Positions 19,167 through 28,958 are shown, counted from the first letter of the stretch. The stretch: 64,000 bases of DNA from Candidatus Bathyarchaeia archaeon (GCA_041447175.1 CP166960.1:703507-767506); one strand, 5' to 3'. The notes: generated by a model not told the origin, from the letters alone. Numbers and translations: made by a program.

Positions 19167-19541
19167 ATGAAAATCGGCGACATAGAATTCGAAATCGAAT
19201 CCCAAGAAGACCAAATCCAAACCGCCGTCGACCGCATCCTCGCAACCGTCACCACCCGCCTCAAAGACCTCCCCACCTCGGTCCCGTCACCAACCGAACG
19301 CCAAGCTCCACCCCCAAGAGCCGAAACCTGCAAAGGCATCATCCAAAAACTCTGGGAAGAAAACTGGTTTGCTCAGCCCAAAGGCTTAGAAGACGTGCAT
19401 AGCGAACTGGCAAGGCGAGGTTTTCACTATGACCGAACCGCCGTAGCCCATGCATTGGTGGACCTGGTTAAGGATAATGTGCTTACACGCATCGGCAGAC
19501 CACGTAGGTACCAGTACGCCCAAAAACGACCTCCACCCTAA
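19167..19541 (+). CDS. Hypothetical protein with C-terminal wHTH-like region, divergent from nurA
   Basis: The ATG at 19167 is the first start outside nurA. The C-terminus (HSELARRGFHYDRTAVAHALVDLVKDNVLTRIGRPRRYQY) resembles a recognition helix plus wing. Confidence 0.4.
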   Translation: MKIGDIEFEIESQEDQIQTAVDRILATVTTRLKDLPTSVPSPTERQAPPPRAETCKGIIQKLWEENWFAQPKGLEDVHSELARRGFHYDRTAVAHALVDLVKDNVLTRIGRPRRYQYAQKRPPP

Positions 19542-19765
19542 ACAATAGACACAATTATGAAGGATATAGGCAAAAATGCCTACATAGGCACCCGTGTCTA
19601 TATCCTACATTGATTTTGGCATAGCATAACCCCCCTTTTGTTCGGGAAGGTTTGCATATTTTTTCGTTCAGATTAATGTCCACGGTTTAACGCCTTAGGC
19701 GAGCGACTCACTTGTGGCTTGTTTTGGTCAAAAGAACCTGCGTTCTACGGTTGCCGCCTGTTCCG

Positions 19766-22105
19766 TTAAGGTTGCTGCAGATGCCGTCTCCAAGTTAGCG
19801 TGCTTACAAACACGAGCGCATAGCAAGCTAACGCCAGTAGCATTGCTGTCGAGAGTCCCATCATGATGCCTATGCCCGTTGCCAGAACCGAGCCCAACAC
19901 GGAAGTTACACCGTTAATTGCCCACATCCATGGAACACTGATTTTGGTGTTCGCCGCGATGATGCTGATTCCTGTGGGGAAAGGTATGCCCATGAAGAAG
20001 CCCAGCGGAAATATTAGGGCAATTGTTATGGCGCTTCGAGCTATGGCATCCAAGGGAAGCAGGGCGTTTAGTAGAGGGTTTAAGATGAAGTAGTACGTTC
20101 CTGCTATGGCTGTGATGGCTAAACATGCAAAAAGCACTGTTTTAGAAGCATCCTTGGTTTTGATGAATTTGCCTGAGAAACTGCCAACCCCGGTGGACAG
20201 AAGTAACGTGAACAGGATAACTTCAAGTGATCTGGTTGGGTAGCCTAGAAACAGGATGAACTTTTGCACCAGCGTGATTTCGATAAGCATGTAGCCTGCG
20301 CCCAACGCTGCAAAGTAGAGAATAAACGGTGCTGCCTTGGCGAGTTTGCCTTTGCCTTCGGAGCGTTTGCGCACTAGCGGAACCACAGAAACCCCTGCTG
20401 TGGCGATGATGGCAAACAGCATCAGGGGCGTTAGGCTTTCGGGGATGCCTTTTTCGAAGTCAAAGAAGTAGGGGTTGTCATCTGTGGCGGGGCGAATTTG
20501 GCTGTTGGAATTGGCGTAGAACTCTTCTAAGGTGACTTTGCCTGTGAGGAGGTCAGCGTAGGGCTCCTGCGTTTCAATGTAAGGTGCGTGGAGGACGGCG
20601 TGGTTTTCACCCATCTCCAGTGTTTCTATGTTCACGGTTTGTGCTTCAAGCTGCGTGAAAGGCACCTTCTTTAGCATAAACAAGGCCGCAACTCGCCCCG
20701 GCTCATACTCCCAAGTGGTCACAGACATGTATTTGCCCACATCCTCTGGCGCAACCCCCTCCGCTATCAAAAGCTCCGTAGCGGTGGTTACCAGTTTGGG
20801 GACTTCTTTGATGAATCGTGTGATGCTTAAGACGCCGTTGTTTGTTAGGTGGTTGTAGTATTGCTGGAAGGCTTCTTGGGTGTAAAGGTAGTTTTCTGCT
20901 AAAGCGTAGCCGCCTGACGCAAGTGCAGCCCAGGAGTCAACCATGGTTAAAACGATGACATCGTACTGTTCGGTTGAGCGGCTTATGTAGCTTCGTCCAT
21001 CAGCCACCACTTCGTGCACATCATCGTAGGGTGCGATGCCGTCATCGTAGCTGTATATGTCGCCGCCTTTTGCCCCAAGACTCTTGACCACATCAATCAC
21101 GATAGGGTTCAGCTCAACAGCCGTCACCAATTTCGTACCGCCATGGAGCGCGGTGAGTACGTCTCCGCCGCCTCCTGAACCGATAACTAACGCGTGCTTG
21201 GGGTCCTCCACTATTGTGTAGGGTGTGTAGTAAATCATGTCTTTAAGAAAAGTTGCATCATTCAGCGTTCCGTTGAAGCGGTATACGTTGGTTCCTGCGT
21301 CTGCGTCGATGTAGATGCTGGCTGCGATGGGGCTGCCCGCTGGGAAACCCTCTACTACGTCGACTCGGGAGAACGAGTTCCAGTCAGTGTAAACGTCCGT
21401 GAGTGAGGGGTCCTCTAAGGCGCGGTATAGGGATTTGCTTTCGTTGGGTTCTGCTCTTAGCCATAGGGTCTGTGCGTTGGTTGCTAACATGCCCGAAGAC
21501 AATACCAACACGGCTAAACTGAAGGCTATGAATTTACGTTTTTTAGTGGCAAATGCAAAGAGTGTTCCCGACACAGCTATGATTAAGCCGACCAAAAGCA
21601 CGGCGGATTCAGCGCTTAGTGGTCCTAGGACGGGCTCCACCATGAAGCAGCCTAAGCTTGCCCCAATCATGTCTGCAAAGTACAATGCGTAGACGGTTTT
21701 GCTTTGGCTTTGAAAGACTGAGGATATGCAGATGCCGCAGAAGAAGAATGGAACCATAGACACGGCATAGAACACGTATAACGCGTAGACTGAAATTGGG
21801 AACTGCAAAATCACATACAACACTGCTGGAATGGAAAGCGAGAAAGTCAGGGTTGCAACCGTTGCTATCTCCATGGAAGGTGCTTTTCTTCCGATGTAGT
21901 GCGCAAAAACTCCGCCAAACCCGAGCCCAAACATGGCGACGGAAACAGCAATGAAGGCGTAATGGTACCAGATGACAGTTGAGAATAATCTTGTTATTAA
22001 GATTTCCAGCATCAGGCTGGAGAAGGAAACCAGCATAATGCCCACTAAGACAAGGGTTTTATTTTTTTTCATTTTGTCGTTTTGTCCGTTCACATCTGCG
22101 TGCAT
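19766..22105 (-). CDS. Membrane-embedded spermidine synthase-like (polyamine aminopropyltransferase family) fusion protein
   Basis: Multi-TM N- and C-terminal regions flank a Rossmann module (ALVIGSGGGGDVLTALHGG..VTAVELNPIVIDV, DVIVLTMVDSWAA). Confidence 0.7.
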   Translation of the reverse strand: MHADVNGQNDKMKKNKTLVLVGIMLVSFSSLMLEILITRLFSTVIWYHYAFIAVSVAMFGLGFGGVFAHYIGRKAPSMEIATVATLTFSLSIPAVLYVILQFPISVYALYVFYAVSMVPFFFCGICISSVFQSQSKTVYALYFADMIGASLGCFMVEPVLGPLSAESAVLLVGLIIAVSGTLFAFATKKRKFIAFSLAVLVLSSGMLATNAQTLWLRAEPNESKSLYRALEDPSLTDVYTDWNSFSRVDVVEGFPAGSPIAASIYIDADAGTNVYRFNGTLNDATFLKDMIYYTPYTIVEDPKHALVIGSGGGGDVLTALHGGTKLVTAVELNPIVIDVVKSLGAKGGDIYSYDDGIAPYDDVHEVVADGRSYISRSTEQYDVIVLTMVDSWAALASGGYALAENYLYTQEAFQQYYNHLTNNGVLSITRFIKEVPKLVTTATELLIAEGVAPEDVGKYMSVTTWEYEPGRVAALFMLKKVPFTQLEAQTVNIETLEMGENHAVLHAPYIETQEPYADLLTGKVTLEEFYANSNSQIRPATDDNPYFFDFEKGIPESLTPLMLFAIIATAGVSVVPLVRKRSEGKGKLAKAAPFILYFAALGAGYMLIEITLVQKFILFLGYPTRSLEVILFTLLLSTGVGSFSGKFIKTKDASKTVLFACLAITAIAGTYYFILNPLLNALLPLDAIARSAITIALIFPLGFFMGIPFPTGISIIAANTKISVPWMWAINGVTSVLGSVLATGIGIMMGLSTAMLLALACYALVFVSTLTWRRHLQQP

Positions 22106-22233
22106 CGATTTCTTTCCAGCATCAAACAGATGAGTATCTGAAATTTAATTTTCTGCATGTGTGAATCACACTGACACCCCACAAAGTTTAACAGTGCGTA
22201 CACCCATGGAACCGCACACTACCCGCAGGGGTT

Positions 22234-23055
22234 ATGGCTTTGGAACACACGTACGTGCAAACATTAACTGGATTGGGGCTTACTTCTTGCCAAAGCCGCG
22301 TCTATCTTGAACTCGTACGTTTAGGTTCTTCGTCTGCAAAAGCAATCTCCGCAGCAGCACAGGTCACCCGTCAGGATGTTTACCGCATCATGCCTGCCCT
22401 TCAGGAAATGGGGTTAGTTGAAACTGTTATTGACTCTCCCACTCTTTTCAACGCCATACCCATCGAAGAAGGCGTTTCCATCCTGATGAAACGCAGGAAA
22501 AAAGAAAATGATGAGCTCCGTGTAAAAACGCGGCACTTGCTGGCAAACTTCCGAGCCAAAGAAACAAAGCATCTTCCCCAAGAACACGCATTTGTTTTGA
22601 TTCCTCCAAAAGAAACTGATGTTCGGCGGCGAAAACGCTCCCTCTCCAAAGCTCAAGAAACCTTTGACGCCATCAGTTCTAAGAAGCGTTTTTCTCAAGC
22701 GGTTTTTCATATGTTTGAGACCTTAAGTGCAGCGGCAGACCGCGGCGTGAGGATTCGTTTGATAACGGAGCGTCCTGAAGAAGGTGGATTGCCTAAGGAA
22801 TTGGAGCATTTGGCAAAAAATGCTCGTGTGGAAGTTCGTTTTCTTGAGTATCCTCCTAAGGCGGTTGTGAACATTGTTGATGGTTTGGAGGCTTCAATTT
22901 TGACTTTGGGGTCTGCGGGTTGGGCGCAGTCGTCTTCTTTGTGGACCAGTAATCCTAGTTTTGTGGCTGTGGTTCAAGACCATTTTGATTCAACTTGGAG
23001 TAAAGCGTTACCTTTAGCTTTGGCTGAGGCGCGTCCCCGTAAATGTTGGACTTAA
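22234..23055 (+). CDS. TrmB family transcriptional regulator
   Basis: N-terminal TrmB HTH (LGLTSCQSRVYLELVRLGSSSAKAISAAAQVTRQDVYRIMPALQEMGLVE) plus a C-terminal effector-like domain. Confidence 0.7.
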   Translation: MALEHTYVQTLTGLGLTSCQSRVYLELVRLGSSSAKAISAAAQVTRQDVYRIMPALQEMGLVETVIDSPTLFNAIPIEEGVSILMKRRKKENDELRVKTRHLLANFRAKETKHLPQEHAFVLIPPKETDVRRRKRSLSKAQETFDAISSKKRFSQAVFHMFETLSAAADRGVRIRLITERPEEGGLPKELEHLAKNARVEVRFLEYPPKAVVNIVDGLEASILTLGSAGWAQSSSLWTSNPSFVAVVQDHFDSTWSKALPLALAEARPRKCWT

Positions 23056-23130
23056 CGCAAATTATCGGTCTGGGTGTTTGAGGCAAAAATTATAACTCAA
23101 TGCTTAGGAATAGTAGCGTGGGGACTACCA

Positions 23131-23610
23131 ATGAAGAGTGTGGTTGTTTATTATTCTCGAACGGGAAACACCAAGTTTATAGCAGAAACCATCGCCGCCC
23201 AACTATGTGCCGATCTATGTGAAGTTACGGATAAAACAAAACGTGACGGTAAACTGACCTATTTGACAGGCGGATTTGCCTCTTTGCGGGAAAAACCCAC
23301 AGAAATTGAAGTCTCCAAACCCGTCGGCGTCTATGACTTGGTGGTTGTGGGTTCGCCTGTGTGGGCAGGAAAAATAGCCCCCGCTATCAGGACATTTCTA
23401 AAAACCACTGACCTGTCCCAGAAACTTGTTGCATTATTTGTGACGTTAGGCGGAGACAAACCTGAACACGCGTTGCAGAACATGAAGACGGCGTTCGCGG
23501 CGAAACAATTAGTCGGCGAGTTCGGAGTTACCTCCGCATTGGATAAGCGGGAACAAACCTTGGCGCAAGTGGCTGCTTGGTGTAGCAAACTGCAAAAATC
23601 ACTTAACTAA
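23131..23610 (+). CDS. Flavodoxin family protein
   Basis: MKSVVVYYSRTGNTKFIAETIA FMN-binding loop. The ATG at 23131 is preferred over the ORF-track start. Confidence 0.7.
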   Translation: MKSVVVYYSRTGNTKFIAETIAAQLCADLCEVTDKTKRDGKLTYLTGGFASLREKPTEIEVSKPVGVYDLVVVGSPVWAGKIAPAIRTFLKTTDLSQKLVALFVTLGGDKPEHALQNMKTAFAAKQLVGEFGVTSALDKREQTLAQVAAWCSKLQKSLN

Positions 23611-23626
23611 AACCCGAGAAAACAAA

Positions 23627-24625
23627 TTACGCTTCTGAAGTCTGCTTGTTGAGCCACTCAAAAATGGCTCCTGCAGCTTCTTGGTCCAGCACGCGGTCGG
23701 AAGCATTGTAGTGCAGCGCCGCTTGAGCATCAAGTTTCTCACGGGGCGTCTCTTCATGCTTCAGTATATGATTCGCGTTTTCTGGGTACACAAACTCTGC
23801 CAAGCCGTTTTTGGCAGCCGCAGCTTCCAGGGGCTTCCCGTCTGCTTGCCAGTCAGTTTGGATGTCCTTTTTGCCAATAACCACCAGCAATGGAGCATCG
23901 AGTTTGGCTATAGCTTTTGCTGGGTTGTATATCCATAATTCGCGGGCAAAGGGCAAGTTAAATGGCGTTGCCAAACTTAGCAACAGTTGTTTCATACCCT
24001 CAGGCAGAGACGCGTCAGGAACTACTGGTTTGCCCTCGACAAATGCGGCAATGGCAGCGTCATAGTACTTCATTGTGGATTCTGCGTCTGGTAACGCTGC
24101 GACTTGGCTGAAAATCTGACTACGCGCCACTTGACCAACGGCTCTTCCAGGGGCACCTGTGAGCACGAAACCTCTGAATCTGTGCTGCTTAGCTTCAAGT
24201 TGGTAGTTTAAGGCGTGAATGGCGCCTTCGCTACTGGAAAGCACAAACAAGTCCGAATCATCTCCCTGCCTCTCAGCCACTATGGTTTTAACGGCGCCAG
24301 CCAATTCGTCAACGTGGCTTTGCATGCTGATTTTACCTTTCAGCTTCATCGCAGCCTCTTTTGCATGTGGTCCCGAGGCACGTTTATCATAACGTAAAGT
24401 CAAAAACCCCTGATGTGCGAGGGCTTCCGCCAGCAGCTTGCCGCTGCCGTTGGTTCCGGGCAAAAGAGGTGAGCACCAATCGCGGTCGGTTGGTCCACTG
24501 CCCGCCACAAACACTACTGCACCGCATGTTTTCTCGCTTTTTGGGTAAGTCAATGTGCCGTAAACAGGAATCTCGTCGACTATCCATTGTGTTTCTTTGT
24601 TTTCGATTTGCTGATTTTGTGGCAT
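23627..24625 (-). CDS. Alpha/beta hydrolase fold protein
   Basis: ~330 aa with the beta-strand/loop pattern of alpha/beta hydrolases (VVFVAGSGPTDRD, LFVLSSSEGA nucleophile-elbow-like, C-terminal NANHIL His). The elbow is atypical (S-S-S-E-G). Confidence 0.6.
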   Translation of the reverse strand: MPQNQQIENKETQWIVDEIPVYGTLTYPKSEKTCGAVVFVAGSGPTDRDWCSPLLPGTNGSGKLLAEALAHQGFLTLRYDKRASGPHAKEAAMKLKGKISMQSHVDELAGAVKTIVAERQGDDSDLFVLSSSEGAIHALNYQLEAKQHRFRGFVLTGAPGRAVGQVARSQIFSQVAALPDAESTMKYYDAAIAAFVEGKPVVPDASLPEGMKQLLLSLATPFNLPFARELWIYNPAKAIAKLDAPLLVVIGKKDIQTDWQADGKPLEAAAAKNGLAEFVYPENANHILKHEETPREKLDAQAALHYNASDRVLDQEAAGAIFEWLNKQTSEA

Positions 24626-24698
24626 GCTTTCACAGTGTCTCCAGTGATATCTGGTTGTGGGGTAACTTAAACAGTGTGACAGCGTGGTTGCAGCGTAA

Positions 24699-24893
24699 CT
24701 ATGCTAGAATTGCTTCTTGTCCTAAGAGAGCTTTTTGGAATAAGTCTTGGATTGCGGCGGTTATGCTGCCTGCGTAGCGTGGTCTCACTACTTTTTCGGA
24801 GAACTCTATGAGCAAGGCAGGTGGCACATTGTGGAATGCCAAGTCTGTGAGGAGGTCATCTTCTGTGACTAAGGTTGCGTTTTTTCGTTTCAT
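24699..24893 (-). CDS. Hypothetical small protein
   Basis: 65-aa ORF from the internal ATG. No motif recognised. Confidence 0.25.
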   Translation of the reverse strand: MKRKNATLVTEDDLLTDLAFHNVPPALLIEFSEKVVRPRYAGSITAAIQDLFQKALLGQEAILA

Positions 24894-25034
24894 GCATATT
24901 CGCCTACAGACTGCCTCTATGCCTATCTCTTTAAAAAGAAACATGCCCCAGCGACTCACTTGGGCAGGGGGGAGGGAGCAGTGAAACTGAAAGCGCGAGT
25001 TCGAATGAAGTAAAAAGGGCGGTTCCTGCTTGGG

Positions 25035-25931
25035 TTATGCTGCAGCGGCTATGCTGTTGACGATGAATATGAACAGGGCAATCACCGCTATGAATACTGC
25101 ACCCAAGAAAACCGTTAAGCCTTTTTCATGTTTTCCAAACTTCAACGACAAAACTGCGTTGACTGCTGGAAATATGGCGCCGATTCCCAAAAGAAACAGC
25201 AGTTCCGATTTGTTTCCCCAACGGTTGGCTACGCCGTCAAACCCAAAGTGGACAGGCACCGTTTCTGGAAGGGCAGCATAAACCGCAAAAAAGTAACCCA
25301 CAAAAACAAGGTACGCCCCAAAGACGGCTAAAACCTGCGCGTAAACAACCCACTGGCCCGCCCCCCGGCTGAGGTCTGGCTTTGTTATAACCCCCTTTAC
25401 GGCTCCTACAGTTTTAGCCTTTGCCGCTTCAAGAAATTGGAGCGGTTGTGCAGGTGAAAGCACCAGTTTTTCTCCATCCACCAACGTAAGAACCACAAAT
25501 TCCCCATCAATTCTCGTAGCATAAACGTGCGCATTGCCTATGCTGGTTCGAAATAAGCCCCAATGAAGCCCGGGCAGGCTTGCTCCAAACAGCCGCAAAT
25601 TCAGCTTTAACTCTGCAGCTTCCACTGACGCAATTTGTTGGTAGGCTATTTTTTTCTTGATTAACCCGATATTTACTTGAACATGTGTGTTTGAGAGCTG
25701 GTATTTCATGTGCCCTGCAGAAAACGTGAGGTAACCCAGCAGGAGAAGCACCGCAAGCAGAACCGAACCCATTACTGCAGTGAAGGCTACGGGTCCCTGC
25801 AAAAACAGAAACATCAATGCTCCAATTGGAACTGCAAGAATGACAAGAAAGATTATTCCGTAGTAATTTGACTTTGAGGAATGTGTAGGCTCGTAAGCTG
25901 TGACGTTTTCGGGTGGCATTGCATTATTCAC
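25035..25931 (-). CDS. Membrane protein with bacterial-PH-like and DUF1648-like regions
   Basis: TM pairs flank a PH-like segment (MKYQLSNTHVQVNIGLIKKKIAYQQIASVE). The C-terminal PETVPVHFGFDGVANRWGNKSE is typical of DUF1648/SdpI-like N-termini. Confidence 0.5.
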   Translation of the reverse strand: MNNAMPPENVTAYEPTHSSKSNYYGIIFLVILAVPIGALMFLFLQGPVAFTAVMGSVLLAVLLLLGYLTFSAGHMKYQLSNTHVQVNIGLIKKKIAYQQIASVEAAELKLNLRLFGASLPGLHWGLFRTSIGNAHVYATRIDGEFVVLTLVDGEKLVLSPAQPLQFLEAAKAKTVGAVKGVITKPDLSRGAGQWVVYAQVLAVFGAYLVFVGYFFAVYAALPETVPVHFGFDGVANRWGNKSELLFLLGIGAIFPAVNAVLSLKFGKHEKGLTVFLGAVFIAVIALFIFIVNSIAAAA

Positions 25932-26050
25932 GTATGCGTTGTTATTATAGTCGTTTCATACTGCCTGCTTTTTCCCTTGTTTGGATAGGTTTTTGGGTAC
26001 ATAGTTTATTGAGAAAACCCTTTTACTCTCTAAACCCCCACTGTAAGGCT

Positions 26051-26476
26051 ATGTCTTCTACAAAACGAATGATTGTTGACTGGAAGGGGCAGCTCCGCCT
26101 TGAGGCTGCAAACGAAAAAGGGCTTTTGGTGCGGTTTGATGCACCCAAAGAGCACGGCGGCGAAGAAAGTGCCCTTTCCCCAATGGAAAACGTGCTCGCC
26201 AGCTTAGCGGCATGCAGCAGCTTCCATGTTCTGACAATCCTGAAAAAGAAACGCCAAACCGTCACGGGCTACTCTGTTGAGGCAACCGCTGAAAGGAGAG
26301 ACGAGCCCCCGCGGGTCTTCACCAAAATTCACCTCAAATACGTCATTAAAGGCGAAAACCTCGACCCCCACGCTGTGGAGACCGCTATCAAACTCTCCGA
26401 AGAAAGTTATTGCTCGGTGGGCGGGATGCTAAAAAAAGCTGTTCCTATAACCTCTTCCTTCGAAATCAACCCCTAA
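26051..26476 (+). CDS. OsmC family peroxiredoxin-like protein
   Basis: LASLAACSSFHV and SEESYCSVGGML carry the two conserved Cys of OsmC/Ohr. ~140 aa. Confidence 0.8.
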   Translation: MSSTKRMIVDWKGQLRLEAANEKGLLVRFDAPKEHGGEESALSPMENVLASLAACSSFHVLTILKKKRQTVTGYSVEATAERRDEPPRVFTKIHLKYVIKGENLDPHAVETAIKLSEESYCSVGGMLKKAVPITSSFEINP

Positions 26477-26581
26477 ACACCACGACGGACCCGAGCAACC
26501 GCATATTGCTGCCTATTTGGCGTTTTATCTTCGGCAACTGCCACGCATGCGGTGCCTTTCTTTGCGACGTTTCTGCTACTG

Positions 26582-27325
26582 CTATGATAGTAAGAGAATT
26601 TTTTTCATCACGTCGATGCCTTTTTGGGTTATGAGGTAGTCGCCTTTGTTGTCTTCTTGGGCAATCAACCCCGCATCCAGTAGCTTTTTGACGTGAAAAA
26701 TCAGGTGCCCTCCCTTCAGGTTGGTTATTTGGGTTAATCGTGAGAAGCTGTTTTTGCCCTCGTAGGTGCTGAGCAGGATTTTAAGCCGCACGGAATTTGC
26801 CAGTGGCTCCAGTACCCCCTCCACAAGCTTGGCTATGTTTAGTTCTTCGTTTTGTTTGTCTTCGGCGTTTTTCTCAACCAGAACCACGGTTTGGAACGCC
26901 CGCTTTTCGCGTTTTAGTTTTTTCTGAAAATTTCGGTGGCAGGCTTCACAGGGTGCTCCTTTGGCTTTTTCTGTGATCTGTTTTGCATGGTCGATTTTGG
27001 AGTCAAAGTCGGCTAAGGTGTCGGTGGAGTTTGATTCTTTTATGGCTTTGAGGTTTTCGTTGGCGATTTCTGCGAATTTTTTTATGCAGTTGGGTTGGTT
27101 TTTGCATTGGGCGTCGGTGAGGTTTTGAAGGTCTTCGTTGAGTTCTTCTTGGAGTTGGTTGGCGAAAAGGAGACGGCGGTTTTGGGTTAAGGCTTCTTCG
27201 ACGGCTTTTATGCGTTCTTTGAGGATTGAGCCTTCAAGTCGGTTTAGTTCGGCTCGGAGGGTTTTGATTTCGGTTTTTAGTTCTTCGATGGCGGTTAGCA
27301 TTGTTTGGTTGTTTGGGTTGGTCAT
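26582..27325 (-). CDS. Coiled-coil protein with C-terminal ArsR-type wHTH
   Basis: Long heptad-like N-terminal region. C-terminal LANSVRLKILLSTYEGKNSFSRLTQITNLKGGHLIFHVKKLLDAGLI. Confidence 0.6.
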   Translation of the reverse strand: MTNPNNQTMLTAIEELKTEIKTLRAELNRLEGSILKERIKAVEEALTQNRRLLFANQLQEELNEDLQNLTDAQCKNQPNCIKKFAEIANENLKAIKESNSTDTLADFDSKIDHAKQITEKAKGAPCEACHRNFQKKLKREKRAFQTVVLVEKNAEDKQNEELNIAKLVEGVLEPLANSVRLKILLSTYEGKNSFSRLTQITNLKGGHLIFHVKKLLDAGLIAQEDNKGDYLITQKGIDVMKKILLLS

Positions 27326-27412
27326 GTTTTCCCTCTACAAATTGGTATATTTTTGTTACCTAAAACTATATAAAAATATCTGAGTGACTTGACCAATACA
27401 GGAGAAACAAAC

Positions 27413-27868
27413 ATGACGAACCTCTTAATCGCCTACTACTCCAAAACTGGAAACACCGAAAAAATCGCCAGCCTCATAGCCGAAGGCGCCAAAACCACAC
27501 CCCAAACCACCGTAGTGGTCAAAAAAGCCCAAACCATAGACGCCAAAGAAGCCGCCCAAGCCGACGCCTTCGCAATTGGCTCCCCCACATACTTCAGCCT
27601 AATGTCTGGGCCAACCCTAACCCTACTCACGGAACTGTATTTTGTTCGTGACCAGCTAGCCGGCAAACCCATGGTAGCATTTGCCACAGGCGGCGGCAGC
27701 CAAACTAAAGCCGTGGAAAACATCGAAAGTGTCCTAAAAGCCTTCAACCCCAAACTACTACAACCCGGACTGGCTGTGGGCAACACAGTTTCGGACGCCG
27801 ACGCCCAGCAAGCAAGAAAACTGGGAGCCGACTTGGCTAAAGCCGCAGCAGAAACCAAAGCAACTTAG
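27413..27868 (+). CDS. Flavodoxin / WrbA-like flavoprotein
   Basis: LLIAYYSKTGNTEKIASLIAEG FMN loop. GGAGAA lies upstream of the ATG at 27413. Confidence 0.75.
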   Translation: MTNLLIAYYSKTGNTEKIASLIAEGAKTTPQTTVVVKKAQTIDAKEAAQADAFAIGSPTYFSLMSGPTLTLLTELYFVRDQLAGKPMVAFATGGGSQTKAVENIESVLKAFNPKLLQPGLAVGNTVSDADAQQARKLGADLAKAAAETKAT

Positions 27869-28045
27869 CAACAATTGCCGCCGTAAATTGCGGCGCCTTC
27901 TTTTTTCTGGAAGACAGCAACAAAAGGTGAATTCCCAGATTTTTCGAAGCTCTTTGCGTGCTGCTGAGTGTGGTCTCTAAGGTATAAAGGTTTGTTGGGC
28001 TTTGGGTTGCTGCGGTTCAAATCTGGGTGTGTTCAGCTGAGGGGT

Positions 28046-28861
28046 TTACTGTTTTTCCCAGTAGATGGTTGTTATGGTGGTGTCTATTTGATCTATTACC
28101 CTGCCCTCTTTGGTTATGACTGTAAGGTATTCTTTGATTTTGTTGATTTCATCGGCTGTTAGCTGCTTGGCCATCATTGTTCTGCCTATGTAGTAGGAGC
28201 ATGCATCCTCATACGTTTGGTTCATGTCCCAAATCTGTTTTTCATACGCAAGCTTTGGCAAATACCCATTCCCAAACAGCATCCCCATGATGTAGGTGCG
28301 GTCTTTTCCACAGTTTCCTTCATCATCAGCTACGCCTGCAATCTTGTGAACCTGCTGCAAAACCGGCTCCACCATCTTGCTGGGGTTGGATATTACACAA
28401 AACCGTTTGCTTGCAGCGTTCATTTTTTTGATTGTGGCGGCATTGCAGATTGCGGGAGTTGTGTGGGCAAACACCAAATCAAAATGTTCCTTGAAGCCTT
28501 GTTGCTCAAGGTCTACGGCGTTCCAATCCAGAACGGAAAGGGCTACGTTGGGTATTTGTTCTTTTTCGAGTTTTTCTTTTCCTTGCTGTATCATTTTAGG
28601 GGACAAATCTACTCCTGTTACAGAATGCACCTTTTGAGCCACCGCCATGGAGTATACGCCCACTCCACACCCAACATCGAGCACGTCATAGTTTTGGGCT
28701 AACATGTGCTCTTGGTCCAGCAGTTGCAGGAATTTGTTGTCCTGAAAAGTCGGCATTAAATTGTAAATTGGGTCTTGGGCTTGAGAATCCCATAATTGCA
28801 CTTGCGACTGGGTATCCTTGTTTTGTGACACCCAGCTTTTTTCGATTTCTTCAATAGCCAT
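28046..28861 (-). CDS. Class I SAM-dependent methyltransferase
   Basis: Motif I VLDVGCGVGVYSMAVA and post-I VTGVDLSPKMI. Confidence 0.75.
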   Translation of the reverse strand: MAIEEIEKSWVSQNKDTQSQVQLWDSQAQDPIYNLMPTFQDNKFLQLLDQEHMLAQNYDVLDVGCGVGVYSMAVAQKVHSVTGVDLSPKMIQQGKEKLEKEQIPNVALSVLDWNAVDLEQQGFKEHFDLVFAHTTPAICNAATIKKMNAASKRFCVISNPSKMVEPVLQQVHKIAGVADDEGNCGKDRTYIMGMLFGNGYLPKLAYEKQIWDMNQTYEDACSYYIGRTMMAKQLTADEINKIKEYLTVITKEGRVIDQIDTTITTIYWEKQ

Positions 28862-28958
28862 GCAGTATTACTCCAGTTGTTTAGAGTGTTACTGGCTTTG
28901 TAGGTTTTACCTGTTTTATATAAACTTTGGCAACCCCCAAATTGTGTGCTTTCAAAAG

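Noticed and set aside
16205-19665. A shared 10-mer, gtttgcatat, in both spacers flanking the NurA-HerA block (~16215 and ~19652), considered as possible att sites.
   Set aside because: A single 10-nt match between two ~300-nt AT-rich spacers is close to chance expectation, and no integrase or longer repeat supports it.
24975-28040. T-arm-like strings (gagttcgaatg near 24990, gcggttcaaatctggg near 28020), considered as possible tRNAs.
   Set aside because: No complementary T-stem, acceptor stem or anticodon arm could be folded around either one.
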